From contig NC_008312.1 in NCBI RefSeq assembly GCF_000014265.1, positions 2,310,001-2,342,000 on the forward strand: a DNA stretch of 32,000 bases, given 5' to 3'. Position numbers and translations under genes: made by a program. Of this stretch, positions 1-10,702 are shown piece by piece (within the stretch, counting starts at the first letter, position 1; every line of letters begins with the position of its first letter). Origin of the DNA: Trichodesmium erythraeum IMS101 (GTDB taxonomy: Bacteria; Cyanobacteriota; Cyanobacteriia; Cyanobacteriales; Microcoleaceae). The notes beneath the pieces are model-generated. The model was given only the letters and a program-made list of their open reading frames with translations. It did not search any database and was not told the origin of the DNA.

Positions 1-207
1 TAACTAAAATGATTATAGTAAATAACAATAGGGAAGTGATATGGAAAGTCTACAAAAATTTTAGATAAAGTCCAGCAGCATCATTAATGTATAAAATAAG
101 GTAATAAAGAAAAAACATTTTTCCTTCAGTATAAATATCTTTTGCTACAAGGTATTAAAATCATTAAAATCAGAAGTTTTAGTTAACTCAAAATTAGTTA
201 GTTCTAT

Positions 208-861
208 TCAAATTTTTATAAATCTTGTAGAATTATCAAAGAAATTTATTTGTTGGTTTACAAAAAAATATCCAACATATTCAATTTCTACTGCATATTT
301 ATGTGCCACCATATCAACCAATTCAGAATCGTAATATTTCCAATATTCTTCTCTATTTGATTTATTGCGGATAGGGAGCTGAAAGTTTTCTAGTTGTAAT
401 ATTTGGGATAGTTTTTTAAAGTCGTTTTCAAGAGATTCAAACCTCATAACAAAATTAACTTAAGGCTGGCTTAACGGCAAGCCATTACTATTTAAATAAT
501 AAAACATTGTTGGTACTTTTCGCAATAAATTAATAAACTCATCTCTATTCCATTTTTGAGTTTGACGATGTGGCGAAAAAAAATAAGAAATCATTCTTTA
601 CCAAGAGTTTCTAATAACGGCAAATTTATAAAGAGAATTAAAAATATCTGGTGACAAAACTTGATAGTAGTCAAGTAAAGACAAGTGTTTATGTATGTGA
701 GAAAAATTTTTATTTCTTACTTCAAATATTTCTACATCATCTTGCCAAGGGTTAAAGAAAAAAATTTTATCTTCAAAGTAATGCTTTAGAAAATTATGAA
801 TTGAATTACCTACTGTTTTAGGAATGTGAATAAATAAAAACTTTTTTTGTATAGAAAGCAT
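208..861 (-). pseudogene. Sulfotransferase-family gene (Sulfotransfer_2-like) with two in-frame TAA stops
   Basis: Track ORFs 598..861 (MLSIQKKFLFIHIPKTVGNSI..., the typical N-terminal 'IHIPKTxGxS' PAPS-binding-type motif) and 208..447 are in the same frame. Reading through gives ...AVIRNSW*RMISYFFSPHRQTQKWNRDEFINLLRKVPTMFYYLNSNGLPLSQP*VNFVMRFESLENDF... The stops are TAA at 598-600 and 460-462 on the minus strand. Total length of about 215 codons fits this family. Confidence 0.7.
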
Positions 862-957
862 TTTTCAAAGTGACGTAGTAAACATTTTTGGTTTGTTCCC
901 TATCCTCGGACTCATCTATCCTACTCCCTAATAACTTAAAACAAAAACAATTAATAA

Positions 958-2223
958 TCAACCTTTTCCTTTCTTCTTTTCTCCTCTTTCCTGACAGGAT
1001 AAAATTTCAGCAAATAAAGCTTCATAACTATTTAAAGCATTTTTAGATCCAAAATTTTCTTCAGCATATTTTCTCCCTTGCTGACCTAGTTCCTCAAGTT
1101 TTTTTGGATTTTCATATAACTCTAGAATGGCTTGTGCCAAAGCTGAAAAATCTTCTGGAGTAACCACTATTCCACCACCACTTTCTTTGACAACCCTCAT
1201 TGCTGTACCTGTATCTGGAACAGAGGCTATTATGGGACGACCACTAGCAAGAATAACAGGAATTTTTGAAGGTAAATTAAAAGCAGTAACAGTCTTTTTC
1301 TGTATTACTAAACCAACATCAGCAGCAGATAACATTTCTGGTAATTTTTCTCGTGGTACTAAAGGCAGTAAAAGTATATTATCTGCTTGATAATTATTAC
1401 AACATTCTTGTAATTGTTGACGCGCTGTTTCTTCTCCTAAGATGACAAAAGAAATCTCTGATTTTTCTTTGAGACTAGCAGCAGCTTTAACTACTGTTTC
1501 TAAACCTTGAGTTAAAGCAATATTCCCAGAATAAATCACTACAAACTTATCTTGAAGGTTATGCTCTGCTCGGAAATAATTATTTTTATTGAGAGGTCTA
1601 ATAAAATTAATATCTACCCAATTAGAAATGCAAACAATACGATCTTTACTAACCCCTTGTTCTACCAACTTAGTAACAAAATCTTCAGTAATAACACTAA
1701 TTTTATCAGCTTTAAAATAAGCTAATTTTTCCACTGCTTGAGCTAGACTTACTATCCAACTATTTTTGTTCACTAGCCCAACTCTTACCGCAGCTTCAGA
1801 AACAATATCCTGAATATTTAAGACCACAGAAGATTTAGAAAATAATCCGTAAAAACTAACTGGTAAAGAAATTAATATAGGAGGAGTAGTAGCAAAAATA
1901 ATTTCAGGTTTCCAGCCATTAAAAGCTTGCCATAAACTAGAAACAATAAAACTACCATCTAACAATAGCCGAGCTAAAACCCCCGGTTTAGAACCTCTGA
2001 CATGAATATAACTACGTTGAACTGTCACACCATTTTTGTATTCTGTCAGAAAAAACTTCCCTTTATATCCATCATAAACTTTACGTTCAGGATAATTTGG
2101 CATACCAGTCACTACACGAACTTGATGTCCACGTTTAGCAAAACCTTCTGCAAGTTCTGTCATTAGGGGTGCAATACCAATTAGTTCTGGGTTATAGTTG
2201 TAGGAATAGATAAGAATACGCAT
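958..2223 (-). CDS. Glycosyltransferase family 4, WcaI-like
   Basis: 421-aa ORF. The N-terminus MRILIYSYNYNPELIGIAPL...GHQVRVVTGMPNYP and the C-terminal part ...YSGNIALTQGLE...LPSKIPVILASGRPIIA... align along the whole length with my recollection of E. coli WcaI (MKILVYGINYSPELTGIGKY...GHEVRVITAPPYYP...YSGNIGEKQGLE...LPSKLTNILA). Confidence 0.85.
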   Translation of the reverse strand: MRILIYSYNYNPELIGIAPLMTELAEGFAKRGHQVRVVTGMPNYPERKVYDGYKGKFFLTEYKNGVTVQRSYIHVRGSKPGVLARLLLDGSFIVSSLWQAFNGWKPEIIFATTPPILISLPVSFYGLFSKSSVVLNIQDIVSEAAVRVGLVNKNSWIVSLAQAVEKLAYFKADKISVITEDFVTKLVEQGVSKDRIVCISNWVDINFIRPLNKNNYFRAEHNLQDKFVVIYSGNIALTQGLETVVKAAASLKEKSEISFVILGEETARQQLQECCNNYQADNILLLPLVPREKLPEMLSAADVGLVIQKKTVTAFNLPSKIPVILASGRPIIASVPDTGTAMRVVKESGGGIVVTPEDFSALAQAILELYENPKKLEELGQQGRKYAEENFGSKNALNSYEALFAEILSCQERGEKKKGKG

Positions 2224-3011
2224 AATTTAACTAATTATTCTTGCTACTCTGGAAAGGTAGTAATACTTTTTTACCCCGACTAAGGCATTCAGAACTCAAA
2301 AGTTAAAAGTAATATTTTGTATACTGTAAATTTTGATTTTAAAGTAACTTTCGGTAATTATAGCTAAAGTCAGAAGTCATAATTTTATAAATTTTAGAAA
2401 TTTTTCGCAGTTTATTATCTATAATTAAAATTTTCACAACTTTTCAGAACTAATTTAGGGTTTCTGTAGTGGACTGACATAGGTAAAATACTACATTAGC
2501 TTTTTTATTTTAATCTTTAATTAGATCAATATTCTACTATTTTCCTTAAGCAAAAATTATGACTTTCCACTCTAAGAGAGAGCAAAAATTTCAGAATTAT
2601 TTAGTTTAAAAATCTACTGTATTTGTAGTGTATACAATTAGTTATAGTTAATTATAAGGCCAAAAATTAACTGTACGCCTTAAGTATTACTTTAGTTAAT
2701 AACTATACCATAAAGAATGAAAGGTAAATTATAAAAAAAGATAAAAATTTATCTTTCTAATCAAACAAGTTAGTTTTAATTTTTTGATATTCTTTATTCT
2801 TAGAATACAGTTACTACCCAGTAGGTTAACATAAAACTAATAAGTTAGTTTCAAGAAATTAAAATTTAAAAAGATAAAAACCACAACAGTAAGTATCTTA
2901 TAACAGTTTTCATTAAAATAAAATACAGAGATTATAGCTATTAGGCACCTATGCATTTATACAAAAGGCAGAAGTTTTATAGTCATGAAGTGAAAACCAA
3001 TATAAGTCACT

Positions 3012-4022
3012 CTAGTAGGCCCCACTACTTTTCTTGAATAGAATTACTACAGTCCTAATAATTAACTTTATATCATACATTAGACTCCAATTCTTTTGGT
3101 ACTTTAAGTCCAACCTAATAATATCTTCAAAATTTTTCACTTGAGAACGACCATTAACTTGCCATTCTCCTGTCATGCCAGGTTTAACATCTAAACGTTG
3201 CCATTGAGGAATTTCATAACGTTCTACTTCATCAGGAGTTGGAGGTCTAGTTCCAACTAAACTCATATCTCCTATTAATACATTCCAAAACTGAGGTAAT
3301 TCATCCAAACTCTTTCGCCTCAAAAAGCTACCAACTTTAGTAATTCTTGAATCATTTTCATTCTTAAAAATTGCACCTTGAGCTTGATTTTTAATTTGAC
3401 CCTTAAGTTGCTCTGCATCTTCACACATAGATCGAAATTTCCACATTCGAAAATGCCTTCCCATCCAACCACATCGTATTTGACAAAAAAATATCGGACC
3501 AGGACTATCAAACTTAATAGCAATAGCTATTGGTATAAACAAAATACCTGTAATAAGTAATCCTACCAAAGCGCCAACAATATCAATTAAGCGTTTTACC
3601 AAAGATTTAATAGAAGAATGAGTAACAGGAAGTTGATTTTCTTCAGGTTTCCAACTACCTTTAATCTCTGTTTGTTTAGTTTGTTCAATAGTAAAAATTT
3701 TATCTAATTCAGTTAGGTAAAATATACTCATCACCTGAGAATTAACATTATCAAGAATAAAATCTATATCTTTTTTCCTTGCTATCTTGAGATTTGTCAC
3801 CAAAGAGCCAACACCACAACTATCCATAAAATTAGTTTGACTAAAATCAATAATAATCTTACTTGTAGTCTTCTCTTGAGAGAAAAGTTCTTGGCAAGTT
3901 AGCTTAAATAATTTTGCCTCTGAGACAGTAAAACGAAGAGGCAAATTAATCACAGGAATTTTTTCCCTAAAAGTTACTTCTATATCTCTTTTTGAATATG
4001 TTTCTGATATTTTGCTGACCAT
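3012..4022 (-). CDS. STAS (anti-sigma-factor-antagonist-like) domain fused to a bacterial sugar transferase (polyprenyl-phosphate glycosyl-1-phosphate transferase, WbaP/WcaJ C-terminal type)
   Basis: 336 aa. Residues ~15-115 look like SpoIIAA/STAS (...IIIDFSQTNFMDSCGVGSLVTNLKIARKKDIDFILDNVNSQVMSIFYLTELDKIF), including the Ser of the DSxG motif. Residues ~140-336 carry the PGT signature: VKRLIDIVGALVGLLITGILFIPIAIAIKFDSPGPIFFCQ.R.G..G..F...KFRSM, DSRITKVGSFLRRKSLDELPQFWNVLIGDMSLVGTRPP, KPGMTGEWQVNGRS. Confidence 0.85.
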   Translation of the reverse strand: MVSKISETYSKRDIEVTFREKIPVINLPLRFTVSEAKLFKLTCQELFSQEKTTSKIIIDFSQTNFMDSCGVGSLVTNLKIARKKDIDFILDNVNSQVMSIFYLTELDKIFTIEQTKQTEIKGSWKPEENQLPVTHSSIKSLVKRLIDIVGALVGLLITGILFIPIAIAIKFDSPGPIFFCQIRCGWMGRHFRMWKFRSMCEDAEQLKGQIKNQAQGAIFKNENDSRITKVGSFLRRKSLDELPQFWNVLIGDMSLVGTRPPTPDEVERYEIPQWQRLDVKPGMTGEWQVNGRSQVKNFEDIIRLDLKYQKNWSLMYDIKLIIRTVVILFKKSSGAY

Positions 4023-5505
4023 GAAATTTTGATTCCTATTTTATTTAAGATTATACTATTATTGTTTCTGCAAAAGTTATTTCCTTGAAAATGAAGATTT
4101 AAAATTTATTACTTCGGACAAGGAGTTACTATAACCCCACCACCCAGTTTTTTATATTTCTGGCTGAATTTTAATCGCGACACATAAATATGCCGCAGTG
4201 CCGATGAGAATGAATCTTATTTGATCATTTTAGTAGCACTTTTTCCTAACAATAATTTGAGAAATCTTGACTTGTACCCCTATTCTATTCACAGCTATTG
4301 TCTTCTGTGGAGCATTTAAGTTCTACGGATGACATAAAAATAACGTTTTGATAGTTAAAATAGTTAGGAATTGACCCTATCCTAGATCATAGATTGATTT
4401 GCTCAATCTTGTTTTTCCCTAATCCTTTTATATTTAAGTTTTCGTAGGTAATAACTTCAGATTTAGATAATAACTTTCTAGGGCGAGAGAAAGTAGAAAT
4501 ATTTTCTTTTCTCTACTATTTTTTTGATTTTGTCCGGCAACTTTTATCAGAGCATTCAGCTATTTTTACTTCTATTTAATAAGATGATATAAGTCTTTTT
4601 TTTGAACGCTTTTAATACCTTTTTATCTTTAAGATAATACTGAGCTTGTCACCAAAAAATCTTTTAACCCTATATCAATTACTATAGTATTTCATACTGT
4701 AGGTTTACTATCACACTTAAATCTAGGAAATGATTTATATTCTAAATACCAAGTTACATAATAAACTTAGTTTTAGGATTAATAGTAAGAATTTTTATTT
4801 TAAATAACTCTAGTAATGGTCGATGTAAAAGTAGCTTTACCTTAACTATTTTGGGTAAGTTAATCTTTTTTCTTAAAAGCAATATAGCCTAATTATAATA
4901 TAAGTAAAATTAGGATAAAACTACTTTACCTTAAACCTTAGTTTACCTAGATTTTATTAATTTTAATCTACATTAAACTACCCATCAAAGGTAAATTTTA
5001 ACTGCCTAATACAATCTTGTAATACCTGATAATTAATTAATTAATTGATATTCAAGAAATTTATCTTTCCCATTGACAAAATCCTATTTCTAATAGTACT
5101 CTTTATAAGAGTAATAATTTAAGCTATCTTTAAGTTGGGGAACTTGTATTATTAATTGGCAAGGGTTCACTAAACAGTCACTTTCTTTCCAACAAGAGGA
5201 GTCTTCAGAGCATCTATAGTTGTACTTTTTATACAAAAACTACAGCCACATTTCTATAATTGTGGCTTATGATTTAATTGGCTTTAGCCTGTACTTATAA
5301 GCTATCATCTTGATAGCAAGATTAAGTTTATTATTGTTATAGTAACATAAATTTTTAGTATCAAAGTTAAGAATAGTTTTTGTCAGTTATGGGATATCAA
5401 GTTTAATTGATTGACCAAAAAATTTAGTGTAAAGCCTCTATTATCAGCGAGGAAATTTTTAGTTGTTTTTTATAAGGTTATAATCTTATTAATTCATTAG
5501 TCACA

Positions 5506-5649
5506 GGGGAGCAGTCCGAGACAAAATATGGAAATATCAGACAACCTTCGGAGGTGGGTATAGTAGTCTGTTAGACATTAAGCTACACCAGAGCTTTATT
5601 TGGCAAGAACCTCCCCACGCCTAAAAGTCGGAGAGGATGTCAATTTTTT
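5506..5649 (+). ncRNA. Candidate structured RNA or orphan riboswitch-like element (weak resemblance to the yybP-ykoY Mn2+ class)
   Basis: A GC-rich island inside an AT-rich spacer. GGGGAG (5506-5511) can pair with CUCCCC (5611-5616), enclosing CAGAC/GUCUG (5538-5542/5566-5570), ACCU-UCGG-AGGU (5544-5555) and UAAGCU/AGCUUUA (5579-5584/5592-5598). The 5' GGGGAGCAG and 3' UUUGGCAAGAACC recall yybP-ykoY GGGGAGUAG and UUUAGCAAGACC. CCUCCCC (5610-5616) can alternatively pair with GGAGAGG (5630-5636) ahead of a T6 run (5644-5649). The internal-loop layout differs from canonical yybP-ykoY, and there is no plus-strand ORF downstream. Confidence 0.25.
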
Positions 5650-5681
5650 GATTAACCTAATCATATCTCCATAATAACACC

Positions 5682-5710
5682 AAAATAACCCATATCAATT
5701 TGAGTGGGTT
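5682..5710 (-). terminator. Possible intrinsic terminator of the 5772..6473 gene
   Basis: On the minus strand, AACCCA-(12 nt)-TGGGTT (5705-5710 / 5687-5692) is followed by ATTTTGG, about 60 nt after the stop codon. The stem is short and the loop long. Confidence 0.3.
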
Positions 5711-5771
5711 GTTACTCCCGATTAAGTCTAGTTTTGATTAGTTTCCAGCTAACCCACCCAATATCTCTTGT

Positions 5772-6473
5772 CTAGTTATATATATTTTCAGAACGTGAAG
5801 TTTCACGACTTCCTTTTACTCTTGCCTTTGCTTTAGCTGCACTACGTTTGATAGCTTGAAGTCGTGCCTCATATTTTGCCCTCTGCCGTTTTTTGGGAGT
5901 TTCTTCGATTAAAGTTTTCAGAGCACTACCTAAGCTTTTATAAGCATTGGGAAGCGAATAACCAAAACGAGTTGCTAGAACGATCGCCTTATCATCTGCT
6001 TCTATGGCCTCTTTGAGATTACGCTCTCCATTATTTTTCTGGTATAGTCTATACCCAGATACACCACACAAAGCCAAGGCCAGAACTAAAAGTAGACCAT
6101 CCTGTACCCATAATTCACCAACAGCACCCCCCAAGCCTATAGCAAGGGCGGCCATTTCCCAACCATCCCTAGGAATTGTATCGTTTTGAATTCTGGCCAC
6201 TTCATGCCAAAATAATAAGTTACGCTGGTCTAATGCTAATTGTTCCCAACGTGCTAGGTCAATAGATACCTCTACCTGGTCTTTGCCTATTTCCTCACTG
6301 CGAATAAGTGAAGGATTAACTTCAAGAGATTTTTCTACCATTACCCAACTTTGTAATTCTGGTGGTAGTAACCCTTTGAGACGCCTAATTTCACTCATTT
6401 CTGCTCTGGCAGTAGTAGTAGCATAAGATGTCATAGTTTCTAATAGTCCTATAGATTTTTCAACAGATATCAT
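5772..6473 (-). CDS. Conserved cyanobacterial hypothetical membrane protein (DUF3318-like by recollection)
   Basis: 233-aa ORF with normal, non-AT-skewed composition. It has two central hydrophobic helices (GWEMAALAIGLGGAVGELW / LLLVLALALCGVSGYRLY) and a basic C-terminal tail (KKRQRAKYEARLQAIKRSAAKAKARVKG). The family name comes from memory, not a search. Confidence 0.7.
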   Translation of the reverse strand: MISVEKSIGLLETMTSYATTTARAEMSEIRRLKGLLPPELQSWVMVEKSLEVNPSLIRSEEIGKDQVEVSIDLARWEQLALDQRNLLFWHEVARIQNDTIPRDGWEMAALAIGLGGAVGELWVQDGLLLVLALALCGVSGYRLYQKNNGERNLKEAIEADDKAIVLATRFGYSLPNAYKSLGSALKTLIEETPKKRQRAKYEARLQAIKRSAAKAKARVKGSRETSRSENIYN

Positions 6474-6879
6474 CTTTTCTTTAAATAGTTTACCCCAAGA
6501 TTTCGGGCAGTATGTTTTTTAACCTTACTGAAAGAATTAAGTCAAGCCACATACTTACTTTTTGGAGAATAAACTAGAGGTAATTCTAATTGATGACTCA
6601 AGTCTTCTTGATAATGGATATTCTTCATATTGAGGAAATCAAGAATAGTTTTAGCAACTCCTTGAGCCGCTAAATACGGTACCCCATTACCAATAGTTTG
6701 AAACTTATGGCTGAGAGTCATATTATTTGATAAAGCAAATTTTTTAGGTAAAGACTGGATAGCTAATGTTTTTGCTGTAGAAAGATGACGGACTTTATCT
6801 GGATGTAAATTAACTTCATTATTTCTATAACAAGCAGCGGGAAAATAACGCCATCAATGAAGATGTTTATCAGATTTTT

Positions 6880-6904
6880 GGTGGTCCTGTATATGTAGTG
6901 ATAA
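6880..6904. repeat. IS1-family left terminal inverted repeat
   Basis: GGTGGTCCTGTATATGTAGTGATAA is the exact reverse complement of 7827-7851. It is preceded by the target-site duplication AGATTTTT (6872-6879). Confidence 0.9.
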
Positions 6905-7826
6905 GCCAGTATAAATGATTATTTATTGACATTAATCTTGAAAACATTAAGTTTTTTAGGCTTAATAATTTAAAATTTTTATCTAGGCGATCGCTACATA
7001 ATAATCAGTTATCAAACTATCAGGAATTAAGCTCAACTATCATGAAAAAAGTATGCTATTATCTATAACAGTAATAAGAAAAAATCTATATAATTCAGAT
7101 GTCCATTCATAAATTAATCTGTCCTAGTTGTGGCAGTAATCATATTGTCAAAAATGGGACTATTCACAACAAAAAACAAAAATATAAATGTCAAAATTGT
7201 CTCTGACAATTTGTCGAAAATAGTCAAAGAGATTATATTAGTAATGAAACCCAAGAACTGATTGATAAATTAAAATAGAGAAAAAATTAGTTTGGCTGGT
7301 ATAATCTGTGTAATAGGTGTGTCAGAAAAATGGAACCAGAATTACGTCAATAATAAGTATGCTGAGGTTTCAAGCTCTATTAAATGTACTAAAAAAAACC
7401 GGTAAACTCACCATTCAATGTGATGAAATGTGGTCATTTGTAGGCAATAAAAATAATCAACAATGGCTGTGGTTAGCGATTGATATAGAAACTCAAGAAA
7501 TTGTGGGTTTCTACTTAGGGGAAAGAGGAGAAAAAGGGGCAGCATAGATTATAGAATTCTAACCCACGGTGTCTTAAGGCCGTGTGCAGTTTATTATACA
7601 AATTTTGGGTCAGCTTACGAGCTTGTTTTTCCTGATTCAAGACATAAATCAGTGGGGAATATTCAGGTTGAACAGCTTATATAGAAAGATTAAATAATAC
7701 TTTGCGTCAAAGAATTTCTCGGTTGGTCAGAAAGACTTTATCCTTTTCTAAAAAGCTTCGGTCCCATCTAGGAGATATTTGGTATTTCATTAATCATTAT
7801 AATGAAGCGATCGCTTCACTGTAATT

Positions 7827-7851
7827 TTATCACTACATATACAGGACCACC
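7827..7851. repeat. IS1-family right terminal inverted repeat
   Basis: TTATCACTACATATACAGGACCACC is followed by the target-site duplication AGATTTTT (7852-7859). The transposase frame ends (TAA 7822-7824) just before it. Confidence 0.9.
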
Positions 7852-9289
7852 AGATTTTTTTATCATCTCCTTCTGCTATTGTCTGAAATTTTATTCGTCT
7901 TGATATTGGTTGAAAATAATGTTCTGAATTAGGATGAAAAACAACATTATTTTGCCTAAACTAATATTCAAAGGTCAGTTCTTGAGGTATTCCTTATAGG
8001 CAATTTATTTATAAATTTTCTACAAAAGTATTTGTCTGAGGCCAAGGATAATAAAATACTTAATTTTGAGGATACAATACATGCTTGTTCCAGGGAAAAA
8101 TATGTTCAGGGATGAATTTACTATAGTTAATCTCAAAAGCTTTATCCTTGAGTAAATTAAATCAAAAATTGATTAAAATAATTCTATGTCTATCTTGAGG
8201 AACTTCATATTCAATCGCATTAATTAAACGTTCGGTAATTATATATCCGTATCTGTAAAGCTGACGTTTCATTTCATCATAAAATGCCCGATGTTTCCTA
8301 GTTGACCATAATCAATCATTGAACATTTTCAAAGACAAAAAAATCTGGTTGTTGCTGACAGATTAATTTAATATAAGCATCTGATAATTTACCATTTTCT
8401 CCATTTTTACCCCTGTTTTTTCCTCCCACTGAAAAGTCAGGAGAAGGGGAAGCACCAATAAATCCAATAAAATCAGAATTTATTGCAGTATCTTTGATGA
8501 GTTCTTGTAAATTTATTTTTCCATTTTCTCCAATTAAACTAACTAAATAATCTTCTAAATATCCATACTCTAGTTCTGGTACTTCTAATAATTATCGAGT
8601 ATAACGATAACCTATAATAAAAGGAGAAAATTTTTAATTGACAAAAACAACTTCAAAGCCAGTGTTTTTCAAACCCTAAGTCGAGAAAGCCACAGCTATA
8701 AAAAAAAGGAAAATATTGTGATTTTTGGCATCATTTATTATAAACACTTGAAGGATATTAATGTTTTGTTGATTACTTAATCTTGCCTGATAGAGGTAAT
8801 ATTAAGACTATTAAATTTGACTAATAAACTTTTGCCTATATTTCTAGTTAACTAGTCAAATCTATAGCGAATTTAAGGTTTATTAAGTATATTTGAAGTC
8901 TGCAATAAAGTTTTCATTCTTATTAATCAAATCTACTAGAACCAAGGTACTAGACTTTACTAGGAATAGGCTGTATGCATGAAATAAAAATTACTCTCTA
9001 TTTTTCACTTAAACCAAAATTATTGAAGATGAAAAAATATCTCCTCAGATCCAACAAATCTGATAAAATAAGTAAATTCACAAAACTATCACCAACTAAA
9101 CTATTTTTATTAGAAGTAAATTTTGCCAAAATTATCATAATTTTGGCTCTGACAAAATCTGTGAATAAAATTATAATTTTCTCCAACTAACCCTCATTCT
9201 AAAAATTAGTAGAGCCAGTAAAACTTACCCTACTATTTTAGTAACTACAATCTATAACTTAGTCATTTTTCTACTCAATAACCTCTCAA

Positions 9290-10702
<1,413 letters not shown>

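Larger units (their letters stand above)
6880..7851 (+). mobile_element. IS1-family insertion sequence (972 bp) with a degenerate transposase
   Basis: Perfect 25-bp terminal inverted repeats (GGTGGTCCTGTATATGTAGTGATAA at 6880-6904; reverse complement at 7827-7851) are flanked by the 8-bp direct repeat AGATTTTT (6872-6879 and 7852-7859). The InsA-like zinc-finger ORF starts at 7099 (MSIHKLICPSCGSNHIVKNGTIHNKKQKYKCQNCL*QFV...). InsB-like segments are GKLTIQCDEMWSFVGNKNNQQWLWLAIDIETQEIVGFYLGERG and YIERLNNTLRQRISRLVRKTLSFSKKL..H.GDIWYFINHYNEAIASL*. These match IS1 InsB (CDEQWGYVG...[26 protein letters not shown]) but are broken by stops (TGA 7204-7206, TAG 7276-7278, TAG 7545-7547) and several frameshifts. 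Confidence 0.9.
6542..8734 (-). pseudogene. DNA (cytosine-5) methyltransferase, multiply frameshifted or nonsense-mutated and split by an IS1-family insertion
   Basis: Minus-strand translations across shifting frames recover C5-MTase motifs in the canonical order. Motif I is MMPKITIFSFF(Y)SCGFLDLGFEK..GFEVVFVN* (from 8734). Motif IV is IGFIGASPSPDFSVGGK (~8430-8456). Motif VI is PDFFVFENVQ*. Motif VIII is YEVPQDRHRIILI. The IX/X region is HPDKVRHLSTAKTLAIQSLPKKFAL...FQTIGNGVPYLAAQGVAKTILDFL, ending at TGA 6542-6544. The IS lies at 6880-7851. Confidence 0.8.

Noticed and set aside
1127-1390. Track ORFs lying antisense inside well-supported genes: 1127..1390, 3320..3523, 3378..3560, 6004..6189, 9521..9745, 10053..10253, 12375..12593, 12956..13186, 13200..13388, 13436..13630, 15081..15446, 16010..16267, 28316..28528 and 30006..30266.
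   Set aside because: Each is fully nested in, or overlaps, a longer ORF with clear homology (GT4, PGT, ChlN, ChlL, TpsB, TauE, PNPase and others). Their translations are low-complexity or mirror images of the real frame, and none has an RBS.
4293-4320. Recurring TGTGGAGCATT-like strings (about 4305, 11012, and similar at 4550 and 25185), considered as a dispersed repeat family.
   Set aside because: The matches are only ~11-12 nt with mismatches. In a 32-kb AT-biased window, many such matches are expected by chance.
7317-7547. 76-aa ORF that could be called as a stand-alone small gene.
   Set aside because: Its C-terminal two-thirds are the InsB-like catalytic segment of the degenerate IS1-family transposase. 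The N-terminal part is an out-of-frame artefact.
8975-9190. Overlapping 71-aa (plus) and 62-aa (minus) ORFs downstream of chlN.
   Set aside because: Both lie in very AT-rich DNA and are mutually overlapping. Their composition is Lys/Ile/Phe/Asn-dominated, with no RBS and no recognisable motif, so they are most likely chance ORFs.
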